A stretch of 64,000 bases of DNA, taken from contig JBDOQK010000011.1 of assembly GCA_040437565.1 (NCBI GenBank), positions 124,001-188,000 on the forward strand. The letters are read 5' to 3'. A program made the position numbers and the translations under genes. The notes under the pieces are model-generated. The model was not told where the DNA came from and made no database searches. It saw only the letters and a list, made by a program, of their open reading frames with translations. Within the stretch, counting starts at the first letter, position 1. Each line of letters opens with the position of its first letter. This document shows positions 1 through 12,900 of this stretch, piece by piece. The stretch is from Albugo candida (Eukaryota).

Positions 1-3000
1 CGGAAAAAATTGCGTTCTTTTGATGAAGCGACCGATTCGATTCGACTAGACTTCCTTCCACTGCATGCTTGCCTCGATACTGCTGATGAAAAGGGTGAGT
101 TGACACGCTCACTTATGCAGCAATGGTCTGTTGATGCAGTTGAAAACGACTTTGCATCGACTCCTCTGTATTGCCAAGTGAAGCTCCAAGAAGCTAGACA
201 AATGACCGAGCGACTCGCTCATCCAAATCGCTTTTTGATCACAATTTGCTTTCAATTATGGGACAAATGGATGCATATGGCTGCAGAAGAAAGGCCGAGC
301 ATGTCACTCACTTTCTTGCACCAATTGCGGTCAGAGCTCTTGGAAGCTGTGTTTATCCCATCATCCGCTGCGGAACATGTTCCATTCCATCAGCGCATTC
401 CGTACTTTGTTGAATATCGCCGAATATGTCGTCATTCTCATCTTCTACTCCGAGATATCGAGCGCCGTGAACAACAGATCCTGACAAAGCAAAAGCTCCC
501 ATTTCTTGTCCAGCGAGTTTTTGCTTCCAAAGAGAGCCGGCAAATACAAACAGAATTACGTTTTGTGTTTCGAAGCTGGATGCAAACGATCAAAAAGGAG
601 AAAGAATGCAATTTTGTGAGCCTTTGAATGCATTGATCCTTTCTCCATACCTGTGACTTACTGCTGTTCCAGTTAAAAGATCGACTGATTCGTGCTTCTC
701 AAGGGAGAAGCCCTCGTGAGATTTTCCTTGCATGGCGAGTCGAGACTATGCATCAAACGCATCAGGTGGGATTTATTTGGGTGGCTAGATAGTCGTCTAA
801 CAAATCGATGGCTAGCAATTCATTGCAGACCAACAGGCTTCGGGTATGAGGCATCATGCGATGCGAAGTCGGAAAGAAGCACAAATCTCAGAGCAACAAG
901 CCACAATAGCTTCTATGACAAAATTTATTGAAAGCTTGAACGAGACCAATGATCAGCTCAAACGGCAGATACAGCAGAGCGAATCGATGTCCCATTTGCC
1001 TCGGGTCGAATACAATCTTGATTATCTGCAACCTTTTCGAAAACAAACTGTGGAGGTTGGGAATACTGATCAGCAAGAGATATTTGTTTGCACCCCACAA
1101 AAGGATCTGGTCGAGGAAGCAGACGATAACAACCTGCTTCGTATCAATCGCATGCTGACGGAGATGCTGTTTGCAATGGCTAGGACCGTGGAGTCTTGTG
1201 CGATCCAAATGACCAAGGATACGATCGAATCATTAGAAGCACAATATGATGGAAGCGCATTGCAGGATCTAGCGGAAGCTGTACGCAAACTCGTTTCTTG
1301 ACTCAAGTCGAGTGTTATGGATAAGTTTTCGTTGTAGGTGCACATGCGCAGGACCGAGCAGCAATTGCACGAGTCCACACGACGTAAAAGTATCGAAATG
1401 GATAAGCAAGTCTCCATTCGAAAGCTCGCCCATTTGCCTGTTGATGAGATCCTTTTGGACTGGTTTCAACTGCATCTTACTGCTTCTTCATTCACTGAGA
1501 AAGTGAGTGATAGCGTAATTCAAAATTTTACTTCGGATCTGTGCGATGGACGTCGATACTCACTGCTACTGCATCAGCTCTTTCCGACTTGGTTTGACGT
1601 AAAGGTACGCTTGAACTTTCTTCTTTCGTAACTATTCTCAAGTTAGGAGCTCGTAGATGGTGCAGGAATTCGATAGTGACGAACGATTAAAGCACATTAC
1701 TCAATTCCAGTCTAGAATCCAGCCTCCGTTGCCTCAGATCGTGACATGTGACAGTATTCAAGGTGCAAAATTGACGGAAAATGTTGCATTTGTAGGAATT
1801 TTATTCGGTGTTTCCATGTTAGTGCCATGTTTTTGCTTGTTTGAGCTGTTGGTAACTGAGATATGAACCAGGGCTTCATCGCGATTGCTCAATCTGGACA
1901 AGCAACGCTCGCTTTTCTTGGATATCGTAGGCTCCTGGCAGCGGGTAAGAAGACTCATGCTGGATATGAAGAAAGCGAACTTGGGATCGGATTCGTTGAC
2001 GGTTTTGAATTTGCTCCAAGAAATCAGGAATTACGAAGTGCACAGTAAGCAGCTTCATATTGAGCTTTGTACTCTCGCAGTTGCCTCGAATGAAGCAGCC
2101 AGCACTATGTGCATTCTTTCCCGTCGTATACAAGAACTCACATTGTCTTGCCTGCATGCACGAGCAACGCATCAAGTGTCCTCGATCGGAATAGTTGATT
2201 TGAAATGGCAGCAGCAGCTTTCTGCGTTCACTAAATTAGACACATTGCTGATACGAGAAATGATAAGTGAAAGCAAAGACGGAATGCAAGCAGAGACTCA
2301 GAATGCCGTCATAATGGACAAGAGAGGAAAATCACTTCAGCGTGCAATTGCCACCGACAAAGAGGTCAACGGTCAAATTGCAGACCTTCAGAATACTTTG
2401 AAGTTGTATGCTAGAGACTTGGCCGACATCTTCCAGCATTACAGGTCCATCCAATAGAAGACTTAAGAGGATGTATGCCCACTGAAAGTCATCATGATCC
2501 TTTCTTAGTGCAAGCACGGATTCAAACGGAAGCATCATGACCCTGAGTTTGCAAGAATACAACAAATTCCTTCAGGTACCGCGACTTACTCACTCTATTT
2601 TTAGGTCATTTGAGCCATTAATCCCTTTCATGAAGGATTGCAAAATACACGATGCGAAACTCTCACCATCAATAACGGATTCCATTTACCGTGCAGTTCT
2701 TATGCATGGACCCAGTGGCTCAGTTCCAAAAGGTAATCAGCCGGGAACTCAAAGGTACATGGATAAGGACTTTTGCAGTCAGTTTGTTTTTAACAATTGA
2801 TCGACATGAAGGGAGCTTCGAGATGACGAATTTGTGGAATTGTTGACTCGGCTTGCTATTTTGAAGTACCCGCAGGGACCGAATTTGGAAACGCGACTTC
2901 GCACATTAATTGAAAAGGCGATTCTACCAAACGCCCTGCGTTCCCAATTCATCAAATTTAGAGCCCAGATCTGTTCTCCGAATCTCTTGGCTGTATTTCA

Positions 3001-3376
3001 GAAACACAAACTCGCTCTTCAACGCACTTTTCGGTACTATGTCGTGATGCATCATCTTCGTGAACAAAAGTCGACTATGGGTTTCGATGAGTTTTTGATT
3101 TTTGCTCGAGATTGCAGAATTGTCGCTGCATACATGTCGGAGCAAGTTCTTAAGCAAATTTTTATAAACGCCCAATACTCAGAGACCGGAGGATACGAGA
3201 ATGATACCAAATACAGAGAGGATAGCAGTCTCTGTCTCGATTTTGACCAATTCAAAGAAGCCATCGGAGCGATCACATTGTATGTTCTATGCAGTCCATA
3301 TATTCCCATGTTCCAACGTCTCGAACACTTTATAAGTGATTTTTTGTTACCTCGTGCTAAGCAAAGACAACATTGA
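1..3376 (+). CDS. Large multi-exon uncharacterised protein (5' end outside window) with coiled coil, a calponin-homology-like segment and C-terminal EF-hand-like motifs
   Basis: Consecutive + ORFs (10-627, 846-1301, 1338-1631, 1657-1866, 1885-2457, 2537-2800, 2834-3376) can be joined by GT-AG introns. 'LLDWFQLHL...IQNFTSDLCDGRRYSLLLHQLFP' resembles a CH domain; 'MGFDEFLIFARDC' and 'LDFDQFKEAI' are EF-hand-like. Confidence 0.65.
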
Positions 3377-3403
3377 CGTGGTACACATGAAAGTATAAAT
3401 GCA

Positions 3404-4440
3404 TCAGTGTGTTTGTTTATAAGCAGTGACAACGTTTTTGAGAAGCATCGCAATTGTCATTGGCCCAACACCACCAGGGACGGGTGTTATCAGACTCGCG
3501 ATGCCCAAAGCCTCCTCAAAACAAACATCACCAATCAGAGACTGATCTTGTGTCTTTCCACTCACAAAATTAATACCAACATCGATGACGACAGATCCTT
3601 TTTGGAGCCAGGATCCACGAATGAGATGAGGAGCTCCACATGCAGCAATAACAATATCGGCCTGTTTTACATAGTGAGGAAGATTTATAGTTTTTGAGTG
3701 GCATTGAATGATGGTCGCATCGTGTTTTCTAAGCAGCATACTGATCGGATTTCCGACCAAATTGCTTCTTCCAATTATAACCGCTGTCTTGCCTTCAAGT
3801 TCGACATTCTCGTATTGGAGCAATTCAATAATTCCCTTGGCAGTACAAGGAATCAGGCATGGAGACCTATCTCGCATTGCACATTCACCAAAATTAAATG
3901 GGTGTAACCCATCTACGTCTTTGCTTGGATGGATTCGATCGAGAATCGTCTGAGTATGTATTTGTGGAGGGAGAGGAAGCTACAACCAAGTAGATCAAGA
4001 CAAATCGACTCTCGATGCTTGGCTTACCTGAACGAGAATACCATCCATGAGTGGATCCTTATTGAGGTGCTCCACCGTATCGAGTAACGTTTTCTGCAAA
4101 TTTTATATAATTCTTTTATGCGTCCTCTCAACTCAAAAGGTTCCATACATGAGATACATTCTGATGGAAAAAATGACTGATCGATTTTATCGACGCATCT
4201 TTACACGCTCTCTGTTTGTTCTTGACATACAAACGCGAGTCGTTACGATTCCCAGCCATGACGAATCCCAGTGCTGGTGGCTACATGTTTGAACGAATGA
4301 GAATCGCTTAAGCAGGGTTACGATGCAGGGATATGAAACGGTACCCTTCCATGCACTAGCGAGAGTTGTCTTACTTCTACCGCTATCTCATTGCAAATTA
4401 CACGAGCAAGCGCTTTACCATCGATTATTTTGGTGCGCAT
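3404..4440 (-). CDS. folD: Bifunctional methylenetetrahydrofolate dehydrogenase/cyclohydrolase, multi-exon
   Basis: N-terminus MRTKIIDGKALA, then DSRLYVKNKQRAC, GILVQ|LPLP, KDVDGLHP, PCTAKG, GRSNLVGNP, VIDVGIN and ITPVPGGVGPMTIAML. Confidence 0.95.
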
Positions 4441-4460
4441 AATAGCAATTCACATTCAAT

Positions 4461-4476
4461 TCATTCACTAATTTTG
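4461..4476 (+). promoter_or_regulatory. Oomycete initiator/FPR-like core promoter element in the folD-DCTN6 divergent spacer
   Basis: TCATTCACTAATTTTG, about 35 nt upstream of the DCTN6 ATG, matches the TCATTY-N-WTTY pattern of oomycete INR+FPR. Confidence 0.5.
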
Positions 4477-4497
4477 TCCAGTCAAAAAATCGCATAG

Positions 4498-5067
4498 ATG
4501 CAGGCTGAGTGTATCACAATTGCTGGTTCCGCTTTGGTTTGCGCGCAAGCGAAGCTCGATGGTAATGTACAGATAGACGAAGGATGTGTCCTTCATCCAG
4601 GATCTATCATCACGGGTTGTGTCTCACTTGGGAAGCATAATATTGTTGAAGACTATGTGAAAATCGGATCAGAATCAGATTTGACTCAGACACACTCGAT
4701 CACGATCGGCGACGAAAATTTATTTGAATGCGGTTGTGCAATCGGCTCTATACAAATCGGCAACAGAAACCTGTTTGAGTCAAAAGCGGTAGCAAAAAAA
4801 GGATCTACCATTGGAAGTAATTGTATCATTGGACAATGCGTCGTGATTGAGGAGGGAGAAAGAATTGAGGATGGAACGATCATTACCTGTGCAACCGATG
4901 ATAACAATCAGCTACAACGAATTTTCCGCAAGATGCAGCCGTCCTTGTTAATAGCACATCAGAAGACGATCCAGAGATACGCGAATGCATTAAGGAATAG
5001 TAATGGGCCAAGTGCGTTAACGCGACACCACCGGATGAGAGCAATTTCGAGCATCTCTATTACATAG
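4498..5067 (+). CDS. DCTN6: Dynactin subunit 6 (p27), left-handed beta-helix protein
   Basis: 189 aa. 'IAGSALVCAQAKLDGNVQIDEGCVLHP...GKHNIVED...IGDENLFECGC...IGNRNLFESKA...CIIG' follows the DCTN6 hexapeptide pattern. Confidence 0.85.
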   Translation: MQAECITIAGSALVCAQAKLDGNVQIDEGCVLHPGSIITGCVSLGKHNIVEDYVKIGSESDLTQTHSITIGDENLFECGCAIGSIQIGNRNLFESKAVAKKGSTIGSNCIIGQCVVIEEGERIEDGTIITCATDDNNQLQRIFRKMQPSLLIAHQKTIQRYANALRNSNGPSALTRHHRMRAISSISIT

Positions 5068-5363
5068 TCAAGTTTTGTGAGTGTGCGTTTCTGCTTCCAG
5101 TGTATAAGGATTTCTTCTCCTTCTCCCCATCTCTTAGTGTCCAAATGCTCGAATGAAATGCATAAGAGGCTTTATCAAAGAAAGCAACAGGACATTTTGC
5201 ACATTTAAAATCGACTCATGTAACGCAATGCTATTATGCCCGGCTGTACGGTCCACTACTAGTATTTTATATGCACAAAATTCATAGAGTACACTGATCC
5301 TGAAACGTCTTTTTGTATTGCTTACTTCCTAATAGCGCTCAAAACCGCGACGTAAACATCAAT

Positions 5364-6916
5364 TCAAATAATTTTGTGTTTCTTTCCGCACTCAATAAAC
5401 GCACGCACGGCTTTGTCAATATCTTCCAATGAATGTGCTGCGGATAATTGCACTCGAATACGTGCTTGGCCCTTTGGAACCACCTATGTAATCGACACGC
5501 GTCATGATCACTTCTTTTCGTGAATGCATGCAGAAATCACACTACCGGGTAGCTGAATCCAATTACATATATGCCTCTTGTCAACATATCGTCGGCCAAT
5601 TGTGAAGCAAGGCGTGCATCACCTACCATGACAGCCACAATTGGGTGATCCCTAGTCCGAGATGTTAAATACTCAATAGAGTTGATCGAGAAAGCTTGAG
5701 GTCTTAAACTGCACAATACCTGGATCCTTTCAATGTGAAACCGGCTTCGGTCATTTGATCACGGAAACGATGAGTGTTTTGACGTATTGTATCGACAAAC
5801 TCTGAGGTTTCTTGTAGCAGTTTGAATACATGAAGAGACGCTCCAACAACAGGAGGACTAAGAGAGTTTGAAAACAAATATGGTCGTGATCGCTGGCGCA
5901 GTATTTCTATAATTTCCTTAGGACCGGTAGTATAACCTCCAGTGGCGCCACCCAAGGCTTTTCCAAGAGTTGAGTTGATAATCTAGCAAAATTTATCTAG
6001 CAAAATATAAACGAGCGTATGGCCATTTGTCCGTACCTGAATGCGACCACGAACACCACAATATTCATCACTTCCACGGCCAGTTGCTCCAAACAAGCCA
6101 GTCGCGTGGCACTCATCGATAAAGACTTGAGCATCATATCTAAATAATGCAGATATCGGTGAGACCTCAAGGTCTAGTAATTCGAATTCTTTGACTACCT
6201 GTCAGCCAAATCACAAATATCCTTTAACGGCGCAACGTCTCCGTCCATACTAAAGACACCATCTGTAGCAATCATTCGTGTTCTGCAGTGCTGCGTCTCT
6301 TTCAGTTTACTTTCCAGATCTTTCATATCCATATGCTTATAACGATGTCGCTCCGCTTTGCACAAGCGTATTCCATCGATAATCGAGGCATGATTGAGTT
6401 CATCGGTCAAGATTGCATCTTGTTTCCCCAGGATTGCTTCAAAGAAACCCGCATTTGCATCAAAACAAGACGGGTATAATATCGTATCTTCAGTATGATG
6501 GAACTGAGAAATAACTTGCTCCAATTCTTTATGGATATCCTAGAACAATCAGTGCAGCATACGTATCACTTGGCGAAGTAGAAGCGCGGTCACCAAACCT
6601 GAGTTCCACATATAAACCGAACCGAGCTTAATCCAAACCCGCGGGTTATCAGTGACTCCTTAGCAGCATCGACAACTGAGGGATGGTTACTGAGTCCAAG
6701 ATAATTATTGGCGCAAAAATTAAGAACTTGTTGATTTTTTACGGTAATGTTTGGACCTTGCGAGGAGCGAATCACTCGTTCCTGCTTGTATGTACCAGCA
6801 TCCTTGATATCGGCTAGTTCTTGTCGCAAACGGTCGAGCAAAGAATTATGTTTTGTTGATGTTTGGACGTGTCGCGTGGCTTCGCGTACTCTTACGAATC
6901 GATTAGAAAAAAACAT
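5364..6916 (-). CDS. kbl: 2-amino-3-ketobutyrate CoA ligase (glycine C-acetyltransferase), probably mitochondrial, multi-exon
   Basis: [86 protein letters not shown] and [11 protein letters not shown]; Arg-rich N-terminus. Confidence 0.95.
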
Positions 6917-8723
6917 CCCAAGAAAATAGGAGTAGTCAGTAATTCTCAAAGAATAAAAGAGTAAAAACAGGGCAGTAGCTAATATTAATTATACAGGGAC
7001 TCGTGGCCGTCGTAGAGCGGAATAGATATGCATCGATATCCTAACAAGATGAAGCGCTGTGCAGCTCTGCCATTCGAATAACCGGTCGGTGAACCGGACC
7101 AATATGACTTTGTTGAATCAAGGGACCCATTAATGTACCATCGTATACCTGCAGTAGCAAATGCATCATACATGCAGTTTGCGACAATTCGCTCTAAATA
7201 GATGCTTTCGGATTCTGAAGTCATTGTACGATTCATATACGTTGCATCACAAAAGCATTCTATTAAGACAGGATCCATTTTCATCATTTCGAAGCAAATA
7301 GCCACAATAATCATGACAAAAGAAACACGGTAGGATACCACATTACGCGAAAACGACATCTGATGCTTGTAAAATCAAGTTCAAAAATCGCAAACACACA
7401 TAACTGAAAAGTAACAGAGAAGTGGCACATTCAAGATCGCGCCGCGTATTCATCACCTAAATTTGGTCTATCAGTAATTGATGTGTCCTACATAACCTAG
7501 GCTCGGAATCAAGCGGAGCCGTACACCAAGGGGTAATGCTAGTAGGAACTGATCCTGCGGTCAAACGGGCACCAATCAAACCGTGTGGAGTACACTCAGA
7601 AGATGGTCACATAAAATAATTGCCAAATTCACCTTACTCATCTGCATCAACATCATGGGCACATTTCGCGATTGCTTACAACGCGCATCATCTGAATCTG
7701 CGTGAATTATTCGGATCAACACTGCACATCAATCACCACACGCATTGAAAAGTGGCGTTGTATGCACATCGATCGTGGATGGCTTCTTTGACGAGCACAC
7801 ATGACAATACATTTTATCGATGCGGTATTGAAAATGAAGGTGACTCTTACAAATGCTACATCCAAGCTTGTCGGCTTTTTGGAGTCACTATGGCTTTCAT
7901 GATGACCGTCCTTGTCGAATCTTGCTCGAAGTAAACCTTACAGATGGCGATTTAGTGGACTTTAGTACTTGGTGGCTGTTTTGCGGCCTGCATATCTACA
8001 TTATGGATGTGGCTTAGAATGAATGTCAACGCATTGCTGCGACTGTTACACAAAGACTGGCCTTTGAGAGCGCAAGTCGACCCCAGGCTGATTGTATATT
8101 TCTGTGGCCTTTGAAATTGACTCGATTAAAGCTTCACCTCACGCTTCTGGGCAATTTTTCGGGAATTAGAGATACGACACCCGTATCGAGAGTATTTGCA
8201 GATATGAGGAAGGTGTTTCAATACCAAGTACGAAGCCAGTTTTGGGGTTGCTTTGACCTGCTGCGCTGACTTCGCAGCGTACGCGAAGATGATACCATCA
8301 TTGGATTATCAATATATCTACTATTCTTTGGATGTTGCAATACACTTTTTCTTCTTCTTGAGGCTCGACACAGGCGGATGGCCTGAGACAAAATGCTCGA
8401 CAACCTGACGGTCCACGGAATTAGAAGGACAGAGCGTAGCATCTTCCTCATCTGACTAATTAGTATACTTTCAGCGGGAAACATTCGATTCATTATGTCA
8501 ATGCCGTGCAGCTCAAACGTCAGGAAGGAAGACTGATAAAGGCCGTCGAAAAGTTTTTAGAACTATTTTCTTCTTTGACGTGGGGTCAGCAACGTTTGGC
8601 ACATCAAGTGAAGATATTGTTACGGTTCAATTAGACCTCATTGTGTCGTGGCATTTGTGGATAGACTTGGTCAACAAAAGCAATGGTAAGTAAAATCACA
8701 AGACATTATTTGTAGGAAAGTCA

Positions 8724-9923
8724 TTAAGGTTCTAATCCCATTGCTTTGTGGCTGTACACCCATTTCCCTCTTGCTTCATTCACGCGTTGCACGAGTACTC
8801 TGCTTTTGGTCTCTTCTTTCGTTGCCAATGCTAGCAAGTCCTTACTCAACTTGTCACCGTTCTGTATAATCAACGCGTAACCATCATTCTTTAACGCGAC
8901 TTTCATCATTGCGGCATCACTATCTGTATCGCCTGCAGCAAAGAGAACCTTGTCGAAGTTATCGGATTTACCCATGCCTGTTACGACAGTCTTAACCTTC
9001 TGTTCACCATCATTAGATGTACCTTCTCCAATTATGATTTTCTCAGAGCCAACAACAACAGTACCATACGCATTTTCCACGGCAATAGGAGGCTTGAGAG
9101 TCTTAACAGCTCTTTTCACAAAGTCTTCTTGAGAAGCGCTTGACAGGTACGGAGTCGCATGTACTTCTTTCAAAGCGTTGATGAGCAAAAATTGCTCATC
9201 ATAGACTTTTATTATGCTGCGGATCTCACCCTTCTCTCCAGGATTTTTACCCTGGTAAACGTCTTTATTTTTTGTCAAAGTATGACCGTCAAAGGCTTCA
9301 TCATTGCCATGTCCGTGTTCGCTTGAATACCTGAGAACGTCCTTTTCAAGCTTTCCAATGTCTTTGTCCCCCAACTTCGTACGAAGTCTCGCTGCTAAGG
9401 TTGTCTTTAGAAAACTGCAGGCTGGTACGGGTCGTATAGCGTAATAAGCATCCTTGCTCCATCGAGCGACTTCGTATTTCAAATTCTCAACTGAGAACAG
9501 TTCATTCTTTGCGTGGATTGATGCCTCGGTACGAATTCTCTTGAGGACTTCTATCATGCCGGAATATTCTTTTAATCGGTCTTGACATGTCTTGTCAGCT
9601 TTGGAAAAAGCAAAAATCTCGTCAACTTCGCCCCAAGTGAATCCGAATGTATTCCTTCTTATTTGGGCTGCCATAAAAGTGATTTCATACGCTGCGTTTG
9701 TAACAGTGTGATCCAAATCGAATAGTAAAATAGGGTTTTTTTTTTGTACACTTTCAATCTTTTTGAATACCGCGTGAAAGAATATCTCAGATTTTTTGAT
9801 AGCATTGGATTCTTCAGGTGAGACGTGTTCATGACTATTGATCGCTGTTATAAACTCTTCTCTCTTTGGAAACTCCGAACAAACAATCGGTAGTATCGCG
9901 ATGAGTAGAAACTTGTTAAACAT
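8724..9923 (-). CDS. Putative secreted HAD-superfamily phosphatase, paralog 1 (intronless, about 399 aa)
   Basis: Signal-peptide-like MFNKFLLIAILPIVCS. HAD motifs: I FDLDHT, II SSAS, III GEQK, IV AGDTDSD. Homologous to 45316-46539 and 52139-53688. Confidence 0.85.
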   Translation of the reverse strand: MFNKFLLIAILPIVCSEFPKREEFITAINSHEHVSPEESNAIKKSEIFFHAVFKKIESVQKKNPILLFDLDHTVTNAAYEITFMAAQIRRNTFGFTWGEVDEIFAFSKADKTCQDRLKEYSGMIEVLKRIRTEASIHAKNELFSVENLKYEVARWSKDAYYAIRPVPACSFLKTTLAARLRTKLGDKDIGKLEKDVLRYSSEHGHGNDEAFDGHTLTKNKDVYQGKNPGEKGEIRSIIKVYDEQFLLINALKEVHATPYLSSASQEDFVKRAVKTLKPPIAVENAYGTVVVGSEKIIIGEGTSNDGEQKVKTVVTGMGKSDNFDKVLFAAGDTDSDAAMMKVALKNDGYALIIQNGDKLSKDLLALATKEETKSRVLVQRVNEARGKWVYSHKAMGLEP

Positions 9924-12900
9924 GATGCCCAACTGGAAATGAATGAAAAGTGGAGATCTTCATCAGACCAAAGTGCGAGAGGGATGACATTTTATCATTT
10001 CCAAGAAGAAATAAATCCAGAATCCCAAAGTTGCACGTATTTTATACAGAAACCCGTCTATCTCGTTTATGGACAACTACGACAAAAATAACGTCATATT
10101 TGTATGAGACCCACCACGTTCACAGTATGCCCGGTATTCTGGTAAAGATGAACGAATTAGGGCTCAGCTGGGAAATTTTTGAAGAGTTGCCTCAAGTAAA
10201 ACTAATGTTTGCTTGATATGAATTGATCTATTCAAAATCTCAAAAATCGCTTATTTGAGAAAAAAAATATAGAAGGGCCCATCTGTTGCGTTATTGGTCA
10301 CAATGAAGAAATGTTCACCTAAGAAAAAAATGTCTTGAAAATACTTTACATATATTACGTAAGTGTGAATTCGAGAACATTCGAAAATGAATGCTGTGTG
10401 GTAGATCATGCTTACGACAGAGTTCGATGGGAGTCTGAACAATTATTGGGTTCTAAATCACAAAATGTGTGCTGGACATGCAGTAATGGGCAAAATTATA
10501 CATCTTTTCTGTTAAAAAAAGGATCACTGGGGTCCCGTACGCAAGGGACCCATCTGTGGTGATGGCAAGGATATACAACGTATACAAGCCGAATTTGCGC
10601 TTGATGTACACAAAATCCAGACTGGTTATGGTCTGTCAAGTATCGCTCCTTAACAATCTCAAAGGTATCTTAACCATGAGCTCATCTAGAAAATCTTTAG
10701 CACGGCCAGCCTCATCTACAGGTAGATAGAATCGTCTGCCATCGTTGACGTGCATGCTTCGAGCTGGTGATGCCACGCTGAATTAGAGTACCTCCCACAT
10801 TAGCGTATTTAGTACTTAAACTATCACCAGCCTGATGATTGGAGAGGCAGAATGTCGGCTTTGTTGACTCAACCCTGAAAAATTCGTCTCATCAAGATCG
10901 CTCCGAACTGGTGTTACAGATCTTCGCCCATATTTTCTAGTACTTTTACTACTTATGAACGAACAAGCTGCGCGCTCATACACCTCCGTTGGTGAGGAGA
11001 AGTAGAGGTTCAGCATTCTTCTAGTATACAATGAACTAAACGCTTGAAACTCAATGCATTCTTATGCTCATATATACTATCACTTGCGTACCATGACTTA
11101 TCTGAAATCTAATGTCTTTTGAAAATGAAGAGTACCTCACGTTGTCTGACAGTAGTGCCGTAGGTGACGCGTACAGATTTTGTAAACAATCACAACACAA
11201 ACTCGCTAATGCATACCATAACATTGTTTTCAAGCACCATAGTCGGTAAGCTGCAGAACAGTCTTATCGAAGCAGTAATATTTTCTAGAACCAAACCAGC
11301 TGTTTGACTGCACTTGACGAGTACCTTGGGGTGAACGGATTTGAGACAAAACTTTCGGTATTCACGCAGCGACTGCTAGTCATTTTATCAAAAGCCGATA
11401 TGCCGGTACTATCACTCTCTGCGGAGTGTCAGCTATAGTGAACACATTAAATTGGTATTTCGAGTCTGCGATACGGTCTCTATCGTAGATGATGACGTTG
11501 ATTGCGATTATCGACAAGTCTCTTCTCTGATCCTACTTTCTAATGTATCGACATAGTTGCGTGTGTCCGCTTTTGTTGCAAGCTTCACTATTGATAAGAA
11601 GTTCACTATCATGATACGGTGGGATACACGCTGTTTCTATTCATCATAGCAAACCTGCGTTTCATGCTCATACCTTTCCGTCGCACTGTTTCATACTGCC
11701 ATTATCCCCGTTTAGTGTAGCTACACATCAATCGCTCACCCTACGCTTCGCCCTTCAGCTGGCTGTGGACCTCCTAATTAGCTACGAAGATCTCGGTGTG
11801 ACCTTCATCAAGATTTTGATCGTCTGTTAGATGTAAGTGTAGATCAAGCGTAAAGGGCCATGCCATTTTAATTCTATGAAACTGCGTACATTCCTGCATA
11901 GTCCATCTGATAGATACGAAGCACAGCGCACGAGGAATACAGCTTAACATCACTGGATAGAGAAGACGCAGGGCTTACAGCGTAATGAAATACCAGCTTT
12001 GTCTCTGTCATGGTATAGATAGTTCATACGCGTCAATAATAGTCTTCTTGTCAGAGTCTTTGTTACTTGCTGGAAATCATTCACACATAAACCATCTTTT
12101 GACGCCGCCCAGATGCAACGCTATCCAGCCAATTCCGTATGCACCATACGAGCATCCAGTCATTTCATCACAAGACGTCCGCTTTTTTCGAGCCTCAAAA
12201 ATAAATAAAGGCTTATGCAAGACTCAAGGAACGATACATATGTTGGAATTTAATGAAAAATGCTATCATACTCATTCAAGCCACAGAAGTCAGCGCATCA
12301 GAGCAAACCGATCTCCTTATTGTCTTCATACTTCGTGGAGGAAAACCTTCCTTCTATGTGCGAATGCTCTTGATCTTCAGTTCTTCTCACCAATTGTATG
12401 GATAAACTGCTCTTAAGCATGAGACTACAGCATGCAATTGACTCACTTCCAGATGCGAAAGAATACCAAATCAGCCTGAGGTCGACTGGCGGCATTCAGA
12501 GGCAAGGCTTGCATTAATCCTTTTGGGCACGATGACTTCCGTTCTTGAGCCAAATCCATGACGCAAATGCACGAGCCGCAACACATGCACCGATAACCCA
12601 AGTCTACTCGATTCGTCAAGGAAGGTCGTCATGAAGTTCATACTACTGTTATAAGATGGTAAGAAATGCAACTTCTCGAGCAATAGTCACATGTTGGATG
12701 CAACTTTTGAATGCGTCTTCAATCTCCTTAGGTATCTTGTCGCTAATTTGTCAGAATGCACGAGATGTTTCATGCAATAGGCGAAGGAGTTGATGCAACC
12801 TCGTGAGCTGCTTGTCGCTCGACTTTCTGGGTTTAAGAATTGAAAAGATCAACACATGAAGAGGCACTATTGCTCGAAACGATTGATCAAGTTGTCAGCG

